A stretch of 64,000 bases of DNA. Origin: Marsupella aquatica (taxonomy: Eukaryota > Plantae > Marchantiophyta). Of the stretch, positions 61,860 to 64,000 are shown in pieces. The translations under genes and the position numbers were made by a program. Numbering within the stretch: the first letter of the stretch is position 1; every line of letters begins with the position of its first letter. The notes below the pieces were generated by a model. The model did no database searches, was not told the DNA's origin, and saw nothing but the letters and a program-made list of their open reading frames with translations. Location of the stretch: assembly GCA_973895155.1 (NCBI GenBank), contig OZ316892.1, positions 2,669,223-2,733,222 on the forward strand, given 5' to 3'.

Positions 61860-62960
61860 GTGCGACATGCTCATGAGGAGTTGGGACATTTTGGAGTAAA
61901 GCGTACGTATAGCTTACTTCTTGGTCAATATTGGTGGTGTGGCATGCACACTCAGGTGAAACAGTTGGTGTCACATTGTATGGTTTGCGATCGGGTGAGG
62001 GCATCGTTCAATGCCCCTACACCACAGTTACACTCCTTATCTATTATGGAGTTGGGTTACCGTTGGAGTTTGGACTTTGCAGGACCATTACTGTTAACTA
62101 GGCGGCATCATCGGTATGTGTTGATGATGGTGGAGCACTTTTCTAAGTGGATTGAGTTGGTGGCATTGCCTGACAAGGCAAGTGAGGGAACGGCGTATGC
62201 ATTTCTTGATAGAGTGCTTAGTCATTTTGGTGCACCAGCGGAGGTGTTGACCGACTAGGGTACTGAGTTTCAAGGTGAGTTTCAGGTCTTGTGTGACAAG
62301 GCGTTGATTGATCACTGGACCACATCTCGAGATCATCCAGAGGCGGATGGTTTGGCAGAGCGTGTTGTTCAGACGGTGAAGAGGGGATTGTGCAAGTATG
62401 GCCTACAGAAGGGGCATCTTGGAGATTGGGACATTCAGTTGCCATGGTTAGCCATGGGGTATAGATTCAGTCGTCAAGCATCCTTGGCTTCCTTCTCACC
62501 TTATTTTCTATTGTACGGTTGAGACCCAGACTTGCCCACAGCAATTTGTCAAGATTCTAGTGAGGTGGTGAACCTTGATGACTCGGAGGTGTGGCTGAGG
62601 GTGTGTTCTCAAAGGGCACAACTCTTTTAGAGAGTTATGCCAGCAGCCTTTGAGAACCTTGCCATTGCTCAACACAGAGATACGTTGCGTTATGCAACCA
62701 TCCGGGGTGGAGGTTATTGACCATCCATTCGTAGGTTCCATGTGGGGGACTGTGTCTATTTGCAGTAGACTGCACCGACAACGTTGGATGTGACGGTAGG
62801 ACGCACTATCCTACGTGTGAGAGAGGTGTTGGCTTCTGGAGTTCTCATGTTGGAGGGTCGTGATGGTGTTGTTTGGAAGGACCATGTGCGTAATTGTGCG
62901 CCATGTCACCTCCCAAACATGGATGGTACAGTGGACCCCAGCTTGGCAGTGATACGTGCT
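61860..62960 (+). pseudogene. pol: Gypsy integrase (HHCC zinc finger, DDE core, C-terminal region)
   Basis: HEELGHFG...CMVC; WSLDFAGP; LTD*GTEF; DGLAERVVQTVK; SPYFLLYG; several stops. Confidence 0.95.
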
Positions 62961-62967
62961 AGCTTGA

Positions 62968-63110
62968 GGTGCATGTTGTGTGGGTCTGCTAGTGAAGCAG
63001 CCCGTATGTTGGTTTGTGATAGGTGTTCTAGGGGTTGGCATATGTCATGCTTAACTCCACCTGTTGATGTTGTGCCTACTGGACGGTGGGTTTGTCCTCG
63101 GTGTACTTAG
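62968..63110 (+). pseudogene. PHD finger (C4HC3) at the extreme C-terminus of pol
   Basis: CMLCGSASEAARMLVCDRCSRGWHMSCLTPPVDVVPTGRWVCPRCT*. Confidence 0.93.
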
Positions 63111-64000
63111 GAGGTGGATGACTTGATCTTCACATGGTATGGATTGCAGATGGGCGATTAACGATGGGGCAACATAGCATCCGGCCTTCTGATCCGTGCA
63201 CCCACGAAGGTGTATAGCATGTAGTAGATGGATAGGGCTACCTAGGAGTTAGAGGGACCTAACCGCCAGTTAGGGGGGCGAGTTGCGGTACACTGTCTTG
63301 TATTTATGTATGCTCTTGTCCATGTTATGCATGTATGTGAGTATGGCATGACCAGCGATGTATGTTGTATGACGATGTGGATTCGCACGACATCACAAGC
63401 TATGGAGCTTGTTCACATCTGAATTGGGTTTCTCTTTGTGACGTCCAACTTGGTGGAAGGAACATGAAGTGTTACGGCTCAACGGTTTACTCGCGGCGAG
63501 GCGGTCATTTTGAGCCAGGGATTGGCACTTGACACGGAGTGAGTGTGACGCGGCGGAAGTTTTTACTCTGCTGGAGCTGCAGACTGTGCTGGTGCAATTC
63601 GGAAACTTTTCCCGTCGGCGGCGTTCACTTTTCTCGTGAGAAACAGCGGGCCCTAATTAGGTGAGTAATCGACATTTATCCTTTTATGGTTATTTTTTTC
63701 ACTTAAGGGGGTCTAAAGGGGAAGCCTTGTGTGTGTATTTGGGTGTGTATACACACACCCAATCTCCCCCCTCCTCCCCGACACCCCGTTACTCCTCGAT
63801 TGTGTTTTTCCCCCCCTCCCCTCCCGCGCACTCCCGTTCTTTTAGGCGCAGCGGCGCCTCACGCAGCGCCGGCCGACACTATTAGCGTGACCGGGTGCAC
63901 CCCGTCCCGCCATCGCCCTCCCACACTCAACTCGCACCTCGCACCTCACGCTGCGGCCCTTGCGACCCCCGTCGCCCTCCCTCCGACCGGCCCATACACT

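Larger units (their letters stand above)
30733..63110 (+). mobile_element. Ty3/Gypsy LTR retrotransposon with DNMT3-like and PHD domains, heavily nested; 3' LTR not in the window
   Basis: LTR, PBS, gag, DNMT, RT, RNase H, integrase and PHD are collinear on the + strand once insertions are removed. Order RT-RH-INT is Gypsy-type. Confidence 0.88.

Noticed and set aside
63270-63285. TAGGGGGGCGAG as polypurine tract of the Gypsy element
   Set aside because: Not followed by a sequence matching the 5' LTR (TGTTAGATATT).

Overview
Eukaryotic, repeat-dense plant DNA, most plausibly from a non-seed land plant such as a bryophyte (inference from the xanthine dehydrogenase exon and the TE families). 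Only two probable host genes are visible: an intronless, bacterial-looking amidohydrolase-2 gene (17915-18946, -) and the last exon of xanthine dehydrogenase (22399-22641, -). Most of the rest is a nest of transposons. (1) A Ty3/Gypsy LTR retrotransposon (5' LTR 30733-31076, tRNA-iMet PBS) whose pol carries a DNMT3-like cytosine methyltransferase upstream of RT and a PHD finger at the end of the integrase. It is interrupted by a MITE, a ~19 kb CACTA element (TnpD/TnpA plus F-box-like and BRCT ORFs), a 4 kb insertion and a 521 bp solo-LTR-like piece. (2) Three independent 4.0-4.7 kb insertions (23658-28033, 45202-49873, 54940-58938). Each has TGT...ACA ends, a perfect 5 bp TSD, a terminal hairpin and one large related gene for a coiled-coil protein, but no RT, integrase, transposase or visible LTR pair. 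They are either giant gene-bearing solo LTRs or an undescribed element type. (3) Two further CACTA ends on the left, one next to a pseudogenised EDM2-like triple PHD module. All domain calls come from motif recognition by eye; no searches were run.
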